From Paraspadella gotoi (taxonomy: Eukaryota; Animalia; Chaetognatha), in contig CM119267.1 of assembly GCA_051294375.1 (NCBI GenBank), positions 8,187,951-8,251,950 on the forward strand: DNA of 64,000 nt. Direction: 5' to 3'. Below the pieces are notes generated by a model that searched no databases, was not told where the DNA came from, and was given only the letters and a program-made list of their open reading frames with translations. Of the stretch, positions 52,747 through 63,904 are shown one piece after another; position 1 is the first letter of the stretch; every line of letters begins with the position of its first letter. The position numbers and the translations under genes were made by a program.

Positions 52747-52911
52747 AATTTGTAGTCGGGTATTCCCTAAGTTCATCGCACCTATAAGCAATTAAGCATG
52801 ACACCTTCAGTTGTGAGCTGATGATGGCTTTACTCAATGAGCCACCGGATCAAAACTGAAGGTGTCATGCTTATAGGCGGAGTGAACTTAGGCAATGCCC
52901 GACTACAAATT
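52747..52911. repeat. Fold-back element (~60-bp arms) with a half hammerhead in the loop
   Basis: Arms 52747-52812 and 52854-52911 are complementary; the loop has CTGATGAT-GGCT-n10-AGCC but no GAAA. Confidence 0.8.
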
Positions 52912-53307
52912 TACTATAATTTATAAAAAAGCTCATAGAAAGAATTTTAAGTAAAATCTTTGATTTTCTACAAAATTTTTCTGATATTTATTTTGTTTCG
53001 GGATTCAATGATATCCTCTGTGTTTATCCTTAGCTCTTGCCAATTTTTTCCCCTTATCTCTCCTTTATTTTTCTCTCTCTCAATCTTTAATACTAAATAT
53101 TACATACCCGAAAAGAAGTCATGAAGGTTATTTTTTTTAAAGTTTAATTTAAATCATAAGTATGAAATAATATTGATCATTTTCCTTCAACCTGGTGGCA
53201 AATAATAATTTTTGTTGTAATGTTTTAACTACATTTCGCATGTTCAAAGGCAATAAACCAGATTGTGATTCATATCGGAATTATTTCCCCAAAAATAAAA
53301 ATTTTAC

Positions 53308-53364
53308 CTGCTTTAATAGAACGTTGTGAGGAATCTGGAAAAGCTTTTTCGTCAGCGCTTTTGT
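53308..53364 (-). CDS. Giant mucin-like gene: micro-exon
   Basis: ttttactttag|AC...GCA G|gtaaaa, 57 nt, KSADEKAFPDSSQRSIKA; phase 1-1. Confidence 0.55.
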
Positions 53365-54696
53365 CTAAAGTAAAAACCTCCAATTATTATGAAAAATGAT
53401 CTTTTTTAAATAAAATAAAGAACACAATCAGTAAACGTTTGAAATACCATATTTTAAAAGTTCCATGAAGGAAACAACTGGTACGAAATTATGCTAAAAA
53501 TGGCGAAACCGCTTGAAAATGGGCATTTTCTTACATAAAATTCGTTGTAAACGGCAAAATAAAATTTTTCTGTCATAAACCAGTGACTGCGCCAATATAT
53601 GTAAATCGCATTCAAGGGCCTAAACTGAACTGTTACTGCGGCACTAATAATAATTTGGTACTTAAAAATATTTTCTAGAAATCAAAACAGTTTTTTGCTT
53701 GCATCATTTTTTTAAACTTGCATCATTTTTGAACTTGCATCATATAGGAATAAAAACATGTTAAGAAAAAGAGTCATTCAAATCAACTTCAAAATAGGCC
53801 AAAAAGCTGAGCTCCTGGCGATTCCGAAAATGTATTCACTTTAAACATTTGAGCATTCTACGCCATTTTATATCGGTTTTAATTATAATATAAAATAAAA
53901 GAAACCTATCTGAAGAGTTGCCGGTCAAACGAAAAAGCCAATCCATCTGATATTTTTTAGAAATTTTTTATTACTAAATTAGAAAAATGTAATAGAGAAA
54001 CATCTCCTTAAAAATGAAACGTTTTTAAACTTTAACCCTGAATTCTTCCTAACTGGAACGTGTTTATCAATATATCTCTCTATTACATTTTTACAAATTT
54101 TTTTAAGATTGCTAATAAAATTTTTAAATCAATATTATTGCAGTCGTATCGAGTAACAAGATAAATTGTTTAATTCTCCCTTTCTAAATTATCCCTTACC
54201 GTGTTTTAACTTCTTACCTATTGGAAGACGTTATTAAAGTTTAACAACCAGATTGAAAAACAAATCTTTAAAAAATGTGCTTACCCATTTAACTTGACAA
54301 TTTTCTTATTAACCGATTTAAAAAAATGATTGAAAACAGAATGTTTACATATAAATAGAAACTTATTCTTTTTGTGATTACTGATGACTATAATGTATTT
54401 CTCGATGTATTGGCTCTAATACATCAATGATTACGCATTGTTATGGTGAATGACCCTTCTTCTTAAAAGCATTTAATACTTTGGTAATATGATAAAAATA
54501 TTTATAAGGTAATTGAATCTAATATCCAATAATGAAGAAAAATATTAATTAATCTTAAAATAAAATATAATATTTATTAAAAATAATATTTATTAAAATT
54601 TTTTTTTAAATATAAAATTGATAAAAAATTTTTTGAAAAAAATTATTATTTTGTTGAAGAGCAGGTGCAAGTGAAGATCTAGTGGGTGCAGATAAC

Positions 54697-54750
54697 CTTT
54701 AGTTGAATGTTCCTTTATCTTACAAAAAGCTTTCTTGTTTGTAAAGCCCT
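54697..54750 (-). CDS. Giant mucin-like gene: possible micro-exon
   Basis: ttctaccag|AG...AAA G|gttatc, 54 nt, GFTNKKAFCKIKEHSTK; weak donor. Confidence 0.3.
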
Positions 54751-55053
54751 CTGGTAGAATAGGGTCAAAACATAGGGAAAAAAAATTAAAAGGATTGTTC
54801 CTTGTTTCAGAAAAAAGATTAAAACCCTTGTTGGATGTAATTAAACTAATATTGATTGCTACTTTGTTTTTTAAATGCTCTTTGTTTGTTAGTTAGGTAA
54901 ACGGAAAAAAAGAAAAACAATTTTAAAATTTCAGGGGTAATTTGATTTACAATTAAAGGAAAAAGTAGAAAAGTTCTTTATTTGAGATGCCCGGCAGAAC
55001 CTGAATTAATATTTTAACTCAACAATCAACATATAATAAATAATACTACTTAC

Positions 55054-55175
55054 TTTGTTTTTCATTGTCGCTCTTTTCATTCGTCGAAAATGCTGTGACG
55101 GTTGTGATTCAGAACCCGCAATTTCACCCATTGAATCCTCAAGGTTTTGAACTTTTTTCTCCTCTTTGGACATTC
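55054..55175 (-). CDS. Giant mucin-like gene: furin-site module exon 4
   Basis: GMSKEEKKVQNLEDSMGEIAGSESQPSQHFRRMKRATMKNK; donor gtaagt at 55053 (phase 0) or a phase-1 alternative 4 nt further on. Confidence 0.7.
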
Positions 55176-55283
55176 CTTCAAAAATATTTAATACATATTT
55201 TAATTTATAAACGAGCAGAGACAGGAATGAAGGTGAATGAAATAAGAATGATATAGCACATTCATAATCCATTGTTTGAAAAC

Positions 55284-55406
55284 CTTGTCTTTTTGCTCTG
55301 TCATTCTCGGGTGTCGTTGGACCAGACTCTTCCTGAACGATACCAGCCAAATATGCGTTTAGGTCGATCTTCTTCTTTTTCTTCGCGGGCTTGGCTGCCC
55401 TATTTT
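55284..55406 (-). CDS. Giant mucin-like gene: furin-site module exon 3
   Basis: 123 nt, phase 1-1, ENRAAKPAKKKKKIDLNAYLAGIVQEESGPTTPENDRAKRQ. Confidence 0.7.
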
Positions 55407-55848
55407 CTGTTTTTACAGATATTATGCTCAATTCATCTATCTATAGGTCTTTCCTAGTAGAACCTTGTATGACGACTTTTAAATATAGTGGCAAAAGTTT
55501 AATACAATTATTATTTTTTGATTCTATAAAAATAAATTAGATTACGTATATAGAAATATAAATTTTATGCGGTCTTTGCAAAATAACTAAATAAGGAAAG
55601 CAGTAAAATCAAATTTATTTGAAGTTGGGGAAAAAATGTAAAATATGAGGGACTCATAGACTACTTATAAGGTAGTCAATTTTAGAAATTAAGTTAAAAA
55701 TTGTTTAATTCTGTGATTATTAGTTTTTAGTTAAAGACCACAGCATGCGAATTAAAAGCTACACTTTTTTTTATTATAAACAAGTTAGGAGAAATAGCCA
55801 GAGAGAGTGTCAATGACCAAAGTCTGGGAATAATCCCTCCATCCCTCG

Positions 55849-56079
55849 CCTCTCCTCGTTCTTCAAGTCATCAAGAACAGGTTTCCAAACGTCTGTCTTT
55901 ACAAATTATCCAAGATCGTCATTCAACCCATATCAAGGGCCACAGTCAAGTTGCCTTATCCACAAAGCCTCAACTTTGAGATGATACTAAAGGCTTTTTG
56001 GATTTTTGGTTTTAGGCAGCAACAAGATCTCTGGTTTCTAATCAAATGGTGCTGAACAGATTTTTCTATGTTGGGATAT
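55849..56079 (-). pseudogene. Penelope-like endonuclease C-terminal relic
   Basis: ISQHRKICSAPFD*KPEIL...KSL*YHLKVEALWIRQLDCGP*YGLNDDLG*FVKTDVWKPVL resembles the PLE GIY-YIG tail (K..EA..I.....LN.D.G); four stops. Confidence 0.65.
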
Positions 56080-56144
56080 ACCAGAAAGATTTGAAGATTT
56101 TTGTCAGACTCTCTCTCTCTCTTTCTCTTCTTTTTTTGCTATTT

Positions 56145-56212
56145 CTCTATTTCTCTGAAGATGATCTGTCAATAAGTGTCTAAAAGATCGAAATATTGGT
56201 CATAATAGAAAA
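56145..56212 (+). ncRNA. Hammerhead-like core next to the PLE relic
   Basis: tctatttct-CTGAAGA-T-GATCT-n17-AGATC-GAAA-TATTGGTC-ataatagaaa; stems I and II can pair, stem III is imperfect. Confidence 0.55.
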
Positions 56213-56373
56213 AATACTGAACCTCTACTCCCATGTGTGATCTTTAACTAAGTCCTAATCTCGGTACATGCGATGACTCTCAAAGAATATATTAACTTTT
56301 ATTAAAAGAAATTATTTTTAACATTTCGGCATAAATTCAATCAAGCGGGACAAAATTTAATTGATTCTTGAAC

Positions 56374-56499
56374 CTGTATTTTCTAAATCCGTAGATCGTT
56401 TGATTCGTCCAATCCACTGTAACTCCTCTGATTCTGATCCAGCACTTTCAACTTTATTGTCCTCAAAAGTTTTGATAATGTGATCTTTGTTTTCTAGGC
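56374..56499 (-). CDS. Giant mucin-like gene: furin-site module exon 2
   Basis: ttctatag|GC...ACA G|gttcaa, 126 nt, GLENKDHIIKTFEDNKVESAGSESEELQWIGRIKRSTDLENT; not in the ORF track. Confidence 0.7.
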
Positions 56500-56759
56500 C
56501 TATAGAATTAAAAAACATTTTTAAAAGGCCTATATAATATTTGTAAAGTGAAACTTTAAATTTTTTATTAAATTTGGATGTAAAAATGATAAATAATTTG
56601 TATGACTAATAAAATGACTCTTTAATCGAGTTAGAAATATACAACACTACACCCAACTAGTATTTACAGGGCTTATGGTTAAGCAATATCCAAAAATTAG
56701 AACTTTAATAGTAACATTAATACTACCCCTTAATTGACATTTCAAAAGAATATTAAGTA

Positions 56760-58216
56760 CAGGTGCAATCCCGTCTAGAATTTGAGACGGCAAGCTCTGT
56801 AACTCGAGTACAAATGAGAATCTAAACGAGAGCTATTTGTACCTGATATCGAGTACACATGTGGCTACCCCCTTCGGTAAGCAATGCACTGACCTATTTG
56901 GGACATCAGAACTTATTGTAAAAAAGATTGCTCATCACCAGATATTCGAAACTGAAACCTTTACGATAAGGACTTGAAATTCCGCGCGCTAAGCACTTAC
57001 GCACAATGATCTTCAAAAAATTCTGTACAAATTAAAGTAATATAAGCTTATGTCGCTCTGTTAATTTTTGGGGAAAACAAAAAATTCAAGTCAAAGGCAG
57101 AGATTTTGACAACCAGTCCCAAGTCCGATCGTGACAGAACGTCGCAACGACGACGATTAAACAAGAAAGCGATTATCGTCTATTGTTAATGTTGAAATGA
57201 GGAAAAGTAGTTTGCTCATTAGCGCGAATGTTGAACATTGCACTTGCTTTTTAAGTGTTTATAAGTGTTTTAACTAGGCTTATTTATAATATTATAAATA
57301 GGCTAATGACTGAGAAAGAAAATGAATGTTCAAAAATGAATAATCTAGTTTCGATTGCACAAAACAAGTTTGAGCAAAAATGTCGGATGCTACAATAATA
57401 AGCGGTAAGCTAAAACGATGATAATCTGTCATGTTTCCCGACTTCAATGTGATCTAACCAATCATAAACGTGTAACATAAACAGTTTGAGCAAACAATGT
57501 CGATCTCCAACGAGCATACGGTAATAATTAATAATAATATTAATTATTATTTAATAATTATTCAAGTTCAAGTTCAATGTAATTAATTATTTGATCAAAA
57601 TGGTTTGTTTTTGATTGATAATATGACTGATTAAATTAATTATGTGAATAATTAATTGCACCTATTGAATTAATTAACTGATTAATTATTTAATTAATTA
57701 ATACATCTTGTATTACATAATATAAAAGCATAATAATTAATGAACACGTTTTTTTATTTTTTTCCATTTAAACTCATTCCACTCAAATGATCCATCGAAA
57801 CTTGATTTCCTGTTCAATCACACTTTTCTACCACATAACAAAATTCAAGTCAATCTCCCCATCCACTCATGAGTAATTGGTGTTCAAATAGTGAAATATT
57901 TTTTTTTTCCAGATCAGCAAAAGAAAAACCAAAATTTATATTGAGGTTTTGGAATTTTTTTTTCAAATAACGAGATGGCCGAGTGGTTAAAAACTAAGAC
58001 TTCGACGCAGAATGGAATGGTAGGATTCGAATCCCACTCAAGGTAAACTTTTACAATAAACTGCTATGTCCCAAAAGTGGTCGTAGAGCAATGGCTTACC
58101 GAAGGGGGAGTAGCCATATGAGTACTCGATAACAAGACAAAAGCTCTCTTTAAAATTCTCATTTGTACTCGAGTTACAGAGCTTGCCGTCTCAGAAATTC
58201 TAGACGGATGCTACTG
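56760..58216. mobile_element. Non-autonomous Tc1/mariner-type TIR element
   Basis: ~165-bp imperfect TIRs (56760-~56925 and ~58048-58216), termini CAG...CTG flanked by TA on both sides; no transposase ORF seen. Confidence 0.8.
57971..58043 (+). pseudogene. tRNA-derived sequence (pseudo-tRNA or SINE head) with Pol III A and B boxes
   Basis: GATGGCCGAGTGGTTAA (A box, Leu/Ser-like D arm) and GGATTCGAATCCC (B box); anticodon arm and acceptor stem do not fold cleanly. Confidence 0.6.
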
Positions 58217-58363
58217 TACAAATATGGACGTATGCCCTTTTTTTTATAATTTTTTAAAAAAATCATAAGTATTTAATTATTTCATTTTAATAAGACTTTC
58301 ATATTAAATAATATAAAATTAATCTAAAACATAACGTTAACATCTATCCATCTTAGTTGTGAC

Positions 58364-58483
58364 CTTGTCTGTCTCCTCTGAATGTTTCAGGCGTTGGTTC
58401 TGATTCTTCTGAAGCGATGTCGCCCAAAGCATCTTCAAGGTTCAGTGCTTTCTTATCCTTCCGAGACATTTTTGCCATTCTCC
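58364..58483 (-). CDS. Giant mucin-like gene: module exon 1 (RGDR at the furin-site position)
   Basis: ataccag|GG...CAA G|gtcaca, 120 nt, GRMAKMSRKDKKALNLEDALGDIASEESEPTPETFRGDRQ; homologous to the 55-kb exons. Confidence 0.7.
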
Positions 58484-58684
58484 CTGGTATCGTACCGACA
58501 TAGTCATTTTAATTCTTTTTAAAAAACATTCAGTATTTGGCATGTCATTTATTTATATAACAACAAAGATCTAAATATTTTTTTTTTGCTCGTTACTGTT
58601 ATCAAATAAGATATTTTAATCATTACTATTAGCGTCCCGAGTTTCCCACAAGAGAATTCCCTGCCACGACACCTGCCGAGACAC

Positions 58685-59116
58685 CTGCTTCCTCTCTTTT
58701 CCTCCGAACGATGTCGCTGAAAGAGTTCAGCATCTGTCCAGGTGGCAACTTTGGCAAAGTCTCGTCCGGTGCCTTTTGCTGCTTTTCGGCGGGTGCATTG
58801 GGTAAATAATCTCGAGGTGCATTAGGCAAAAATGGGGCTGGTGCATTTGGCAATAACGGCGGTTTTGTGGGAACAAAATGTGTTATCATGGGTTCAGTCG
58901 TTGGCTTCGGGGTTGGCTTATGAGTTGGCTTATGAGTTTTGAATGTGGTTGCTGGTAACATGATGGGTTCAGAGGTCGACGGCAAAATAGTAGTCATGTT
59001 TTTGCGGTTTTTTTTCGTTGTTTTTCTTTTTGTTGTCCTTCTATGTGGCACGTTTGGATCAGTGGTCATAGAATGCATTGTGGCGGGTGCGTCGGCGAGT
59101 TTGTGGCTCTTGAAAC
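58685..59116 (-). CDS. Giant mucin-like gene: Thr/Pro module exon ending RRKREEAG
   Basis: cactcag|GT...GCA G|gtgtct, 432 nt, phase 1-1; a second in-frame donor lies 12 nt further on. Confidence 0.8.
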
Positions 59117-59627
59117 CTGAGTGAGGGGTTAATAACAGAAACAGAGTATGTATTCATTAAAGCAGGCGAGAATTTATTGATCTTGTAGTAAAAAGTTCTG
59201 TAATAAAAAATTATCCTTCATTTATTCAATTTTTAATTAAATAATAAGAATTAAAGAAGTGTTTTTGGATTAATTAACTGGCATTTGGTAAGTTAAAACA
59301 CTACTTAACAAGTTAAAATATTATTATTTATATCTTATATTTATTTTTCAATTGTAAGTGAATCAAAACATTTTTTTAAAAGTCAAAATATTTTTTTTCG
59401 AATCAGACGTCAATTGTAAGTATTTATCAACAAAATGAAGGGGGACCGACTAAGTGATTTAAACAGCAGCTGGCAAATTAAAAAAAAAATCAATGATGCA
59501 TCTTTTCAAACATAAAAAGAAAACAATTCGAAATAATTGCTAAAATTCGATCTATATTTGAATTTAAAAAAAGGAGTCGCGCGATAGTCGACTAGTTCAT
59601 TTTCCCGCCAAAAGCCAGCTCTATCAC

Positions 59628-60221
59628 CTGCTTCCCTCTCCGCATCCCGGCGCAATCGAGCCGCATCATATTGCATCGGCTCAACAGGTGCCATGTACAA
59701 AAATTTTTCGTTCGGCATTAAATGTCCGAGCGCCGGTGGCTTGGTTGGAACGAAGGGCGTGATTTTCGGTTCTGTTGTCGGCTTCGGCGTTGGTTTACGA
59801 GTCGACCGCGTTGTTTTAAACGTGGTCTTGGGCTTCATGAATGGTTCCGTGGTCATCGGAAATAACGTCGTCCGTTTCGTTCGTTTAGTCCGATTTTTGT
59901 GCTTTGGGGTTTCATGCTTGACATTGGGATCCGTTGTCATGGTATGTGTGGTCGTTGTGGTGGTCGTTGTGGTTGTGGGTGGTGGTGTGGTAGTTTCTTC
60001 GGTTGTAGTTGTTGGTGGTTCAGTTGTGGTAGTTTCTGTAGTCGTTGGTGGATTGGTAGTGGTTGTTGTTGTAGTGGTAGTAGTGGTGGTGGAAGTGGTA
60101 GTAGGGGTAGTAGCGATGGTGGTGGCTTCAGTAGTTGGAGAATTCGAGGAGGTTACTGGCGTTATCTGAGGCTCAGGAGTTGTGGTCACAGATTCGTCGG
60201 CAAGTTTGTATTTCTTGTGTC
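59628..60221 (-). CDS. Giant mucin-like gene: poly-Thr module exon ending RLRRDAEREAG
   Basis: tatctctag|GA...GCA G|gtgata, 594 nt, phase 1-1; paralogous to the 59-kb exon. Confidence 0.85.
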
Positions 60222-62090
60222 CTAGAGATAAAAAATAACCCCCGAATGTTCAGTACTCGCGGCCAAAACTTGTGCCATTTATGTTATTTCTTTTTTTTTT
60301 TAGTTCGCCCAACCTTTCCTTTAGCTTTCCTCTGTTAGAAATTTTTTGCTTTGTTATTTTTACCTCTTAATTAATTTTTGAAACATTTTTATTACATTTT
60401 TCTTTAATTTTCTCCTTAATTGTCTTTTCTTTCATTGCTTAGAAAAAGTGTTAGTAAAAGAATGATTTTTTTAAAAATTCAATTATTTTATTTTTACACC
60501 TCGATTTATCTCAGTTTTTTTAGTTATGAATTTTTTTAGTTGCGATCTCAGCATCGAGGAAAGCTACACGCGACCATTCACAAAGTCGGTCAGTACATCC
60601 CCTTTTTGTCGATAAAATGCTTTCAATAAATTATTTTATAATTTTACAAACGATTCTTTTATTAGACAATCTTTCACATCTTGAGTTACCTTTTTGACTA
60701 TAACTGAAAACTTGATGAGCATGCTTTAAAACTTTAAATAGCTATTAATGAATACGGATGGGATATTTTGAGTATGGGTAATCATAATTTTTAAAAAGAA
60801 TTTTTAAACAGTTTGTATTTTACTGTTGATAAACATTATAATTTGATAACAATAACGATGTGATATATTCAGGTATTATGTGATATTATGTGATATTATT
60901 CAGGTATTTAAAAATAAAAGATATATCTCTGTTTACAAATTAATATTCATATTAAAAATTAAGAAAAACCTCGAGGTAAAAAAATACTGACAATCAATTC
61001 TTATCTGTAATCAATTGTCAACAGCTTAGAATTAAAAAAAAACTGATTATTTTAATATTTCATAATTGATTAATAAAGTTTTATGGGAATATTTGCACTT
61101 TCATTAAGAGCCCTTTCAGTTTTCATTCAGTCCTTTTCGCAGGAAGGCCAGAAATTTACCCCCCAAAAATTGTTCGTTTTTGGTAAATTGCTGGTTCTAA
61201 AAAATGATCCTGCTAAAACTGTTGAATGCATTGTCTCTTAATAAAACTCCCAGATTCCCATGAAAAAAATATTTATTAATCAATCCATTGGCTTTTCACA
61301 CTATTTCATAATCGAAAAACACAGACAATCTGAATAGCAATTCATATAGGCTGAACGGCGGTTTGTGGAGCAATATAACCTTTAATTAATCAGCTATTTA
61401 ATCCAATTTAAAAATCAATGAAAAAAATTATAATTATTTTCGATCTAGACTTCTAATCATTAAAGCATTCGATTTTATAATTTTTCTTATAAATGAGAAA
61501 AACGTAAAAACTTGTCATGTCCTGAGTCAAAATCATGACCTAGATTAAAACATCAATAAGAATACGAATCAAGTTATTAATAAGAATCACTGGGAGTGAA
61601 TAAACAAATCTGTGAGAGAGGCTTGATTAAAAGCTTGCAGAAACCTGTTATGTTATTATCTTGTTATTATGTTATTATGTTGTTATAACCACCAAAGCCT
61701 GTCAAAAGTCAGGGACAAGATAGCTTATTTATTAAATGGATGGATAATTTTTATATTGGTTGTACCAATTTCATAGTGAGAGAGAATCATGTTTGAATTA
61801 TGTCATGAGTAAAAATCAGCTAGTTTTTAAATCAGAATCCGATATAATTATTGTAAGAAAATGATCATTGTGCAAATAAAAATTATTATTAAATAAAAAA
61901 TACATCCAGTAGCTGATTAGCAGTTTTCAGCAGTAAAAATAATTCAGTAGGTCGGTAGGTCCGTCTGTCAGAAGTTACAAAACTTTCTCTGTCTGTTTCT
62001 TTCTCTCTGTCTCTCTCTCTCTCTCTGTCTCTTTCTTTAATCAACACACAACTTTCCATAGTCTAGGATTTACTTCTTTATTATAAAATT

Positions 62091-62235
62091 ATTTAAAGAC
62101 AGAAAAATTAGATTTTCACAACGAATTGTTTTTATTAAAGATGGAGACATGTTTCAAACAATTGTTTTGTTCATCATCAATTCACTGATGATAAAAACAA
62201 TTCGTTGTGAAAATCAAATTTGTCTGTCTCTAAAT
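62091..62235. repeat. Fold-back element (~45-bp arms) enclosing a degenerate minus-strand hammerhead core
   Basis: Arms 62091-62135 and 62191-62235; the loop reverse complement reads TTGATGA-T-GAAC-n9-GTTT-GAAAC-ATGTC. Confidence 0.75.
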
Positions 62236-62483
62236 CATTTACCAACGAAAAAAAAGAAAAAACTAACAAATAAAATTTATTTAACGAAGGTTTCCGTCAC
62301 TGGAGGTAATTAATTATGTCACTCAAGTTTTTACGTTTCCCTAAAATTGTACAATCAGTAATTTGCTTTAATCTCATTTTGTTGCTAACAAACTTTTTAA
62401 AATTGTTTTCGTACGTACAGAAATAACAGATAAATCTTTTTTTTTTTTTTTTTGCCCCATCATTTCACATTCGATATAAGTAC

Positions 62484-63695
62484 CTGCTTCCACCCCGGGA
62501 ATCTGTGGGAGTTTCCTCTCGTGAGAAGCGAGTCGATCTCTTCTCCTCGCCAAAGCTTTATGCTCGATCCGCCGATTCCTTCTGAGTAGAGACATCAGCT
62601 CGTTTTCGTCATCCGACGACCCGAGTCTGTCACGACCTTCCCGATCGGCGAATTTGTCACGACCTTCCCGATCGGCGAATTTGTCACGACCTTCCCGATC
62701 GGCGAATTTGTCACGACCTTCCCGATAGGCGAATTTATCCTGACCTTCCCGATCGGCGTTACTCTTTCGACCTTCCCGATCGAGGTTCCCGAAGAATCCG
62801 TTCCCATTTCTCACGCTTTTCTCCACCGCCTTCTGCGCGAACTCTCTCAGCTCGCGTTCCCCCGTCATGCCGAGAGCCTTTTCCTTAATTCTCGCTAAAT
62901 CGGCCAACTCCTCGAGGGAGGCTGGATTCTTGGGCGGCGGCTTTCCTCCCGGCTTCGGTTTCGGCGAAGACTTTTTCCCTTCGGAATTGGAATCTTCGTC
63001 GGAAGAGTCGGACGAGCTGCTGCTTCCCTCCTCATCCACGGCCGTCGTCGTCGTCGTCTTGGGCCTCGGCTTCGTCGTCGGCTTCAACGTCGACGCCTCT
63101 TCGGTGTCGCTCGACTCGGATTCAATTCCGGACTCGGTTCTGTCCACGTCCGCTATCGTCGTCGTCTTGACGTGAGACGTCGGCGGTTCCGTCACCTTCC
63201 CTTCCTGACTCTCTTCCTCCTCGCTGGAATCGGATTCCGATACCACCCTCGGAGTAACGGGAATCGGCGTCGTCGTCCTCACCGTCGATCCTTCAGCCTC
63301 TTCCTCCTTCTTCTTCTCCTTCTTCTCCTCCTCCTCCGCCTCCGAATCAGACTCCAATGGCTTGAAAGTCATGATCGCCATGTCGGTGGTTTTTCTCGTC
63401 CTGACGGTGACGGGCCTTCTCATGGTGGTTCTCCGGTGAGTTCTAGTGACATGCTTGGTTGTTGGGGTCGTGGTGGTGGTCCTTGTGGTTGGAGGCCTCG
63501 TCGTCGGAGTCGTTGTAGTTGTTGGAGGAAGTGGGGGTGTCGTGGTGGTGGTTGTGGTTCTTGGAGTCGTGGGAGGTGGCTTAGTGGGCGGGGGTTTGGT
63601 CGTTTTTGCTCTCGGAGTTATGTCTGGTTCGGTGGTCGACGACGATAGCATTGGTTGGGTCATCATCATTCTCAACATCCGTCGTCGACGACGTA
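62484..63695 (-). CDS. Giant mucin-like gene: Thr/Pro, acidic and DREGRDKFA-repeat exon
   Basis: Within the 444-aa ORF; tttttgcag| acceptor, GCA G|gtactt donor, 1212 nt; the frame of the first ~20 codons is uncertain. Confidence 0.85.
62628..62782 (-). repeat. Coding 27-nt tandem repeat (about 6 units, DREGRDKFA)
   Basis: Plus-strand unit gtcacgaccttcccgatcggcgaattt. Confidence 0.95.
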
Positions 63696-63904
63696 CTGCA
63701 AAAACCAAAAGTTTACTCGAAATTATTTATGTCGATTAGAGTCTGGACCTACTTGGCTAATACATTAATACAGTTGGCACCGGATTTAACATCTATTCTA
63801 AAGGGGGAAAAAAAAGTACTCTCGAAGTTTCCATTACCCAGTTTCAGTTACCAATTTGATGATGACGCGAGTCGGGAGCTTTCCTGTTGGGGATGACGAG
63901 CCCT

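Noticed and set aside
53975-54100. ~20-bp inverted repeat
   Set aside because: Short and AT-rich, with no TSD or internal motif to support an element call.
57971-58043. Functional tRNA gene
   Set aside because: Only the D-arm and T-arm motifs are present; the cloverleaf cannot be completed.
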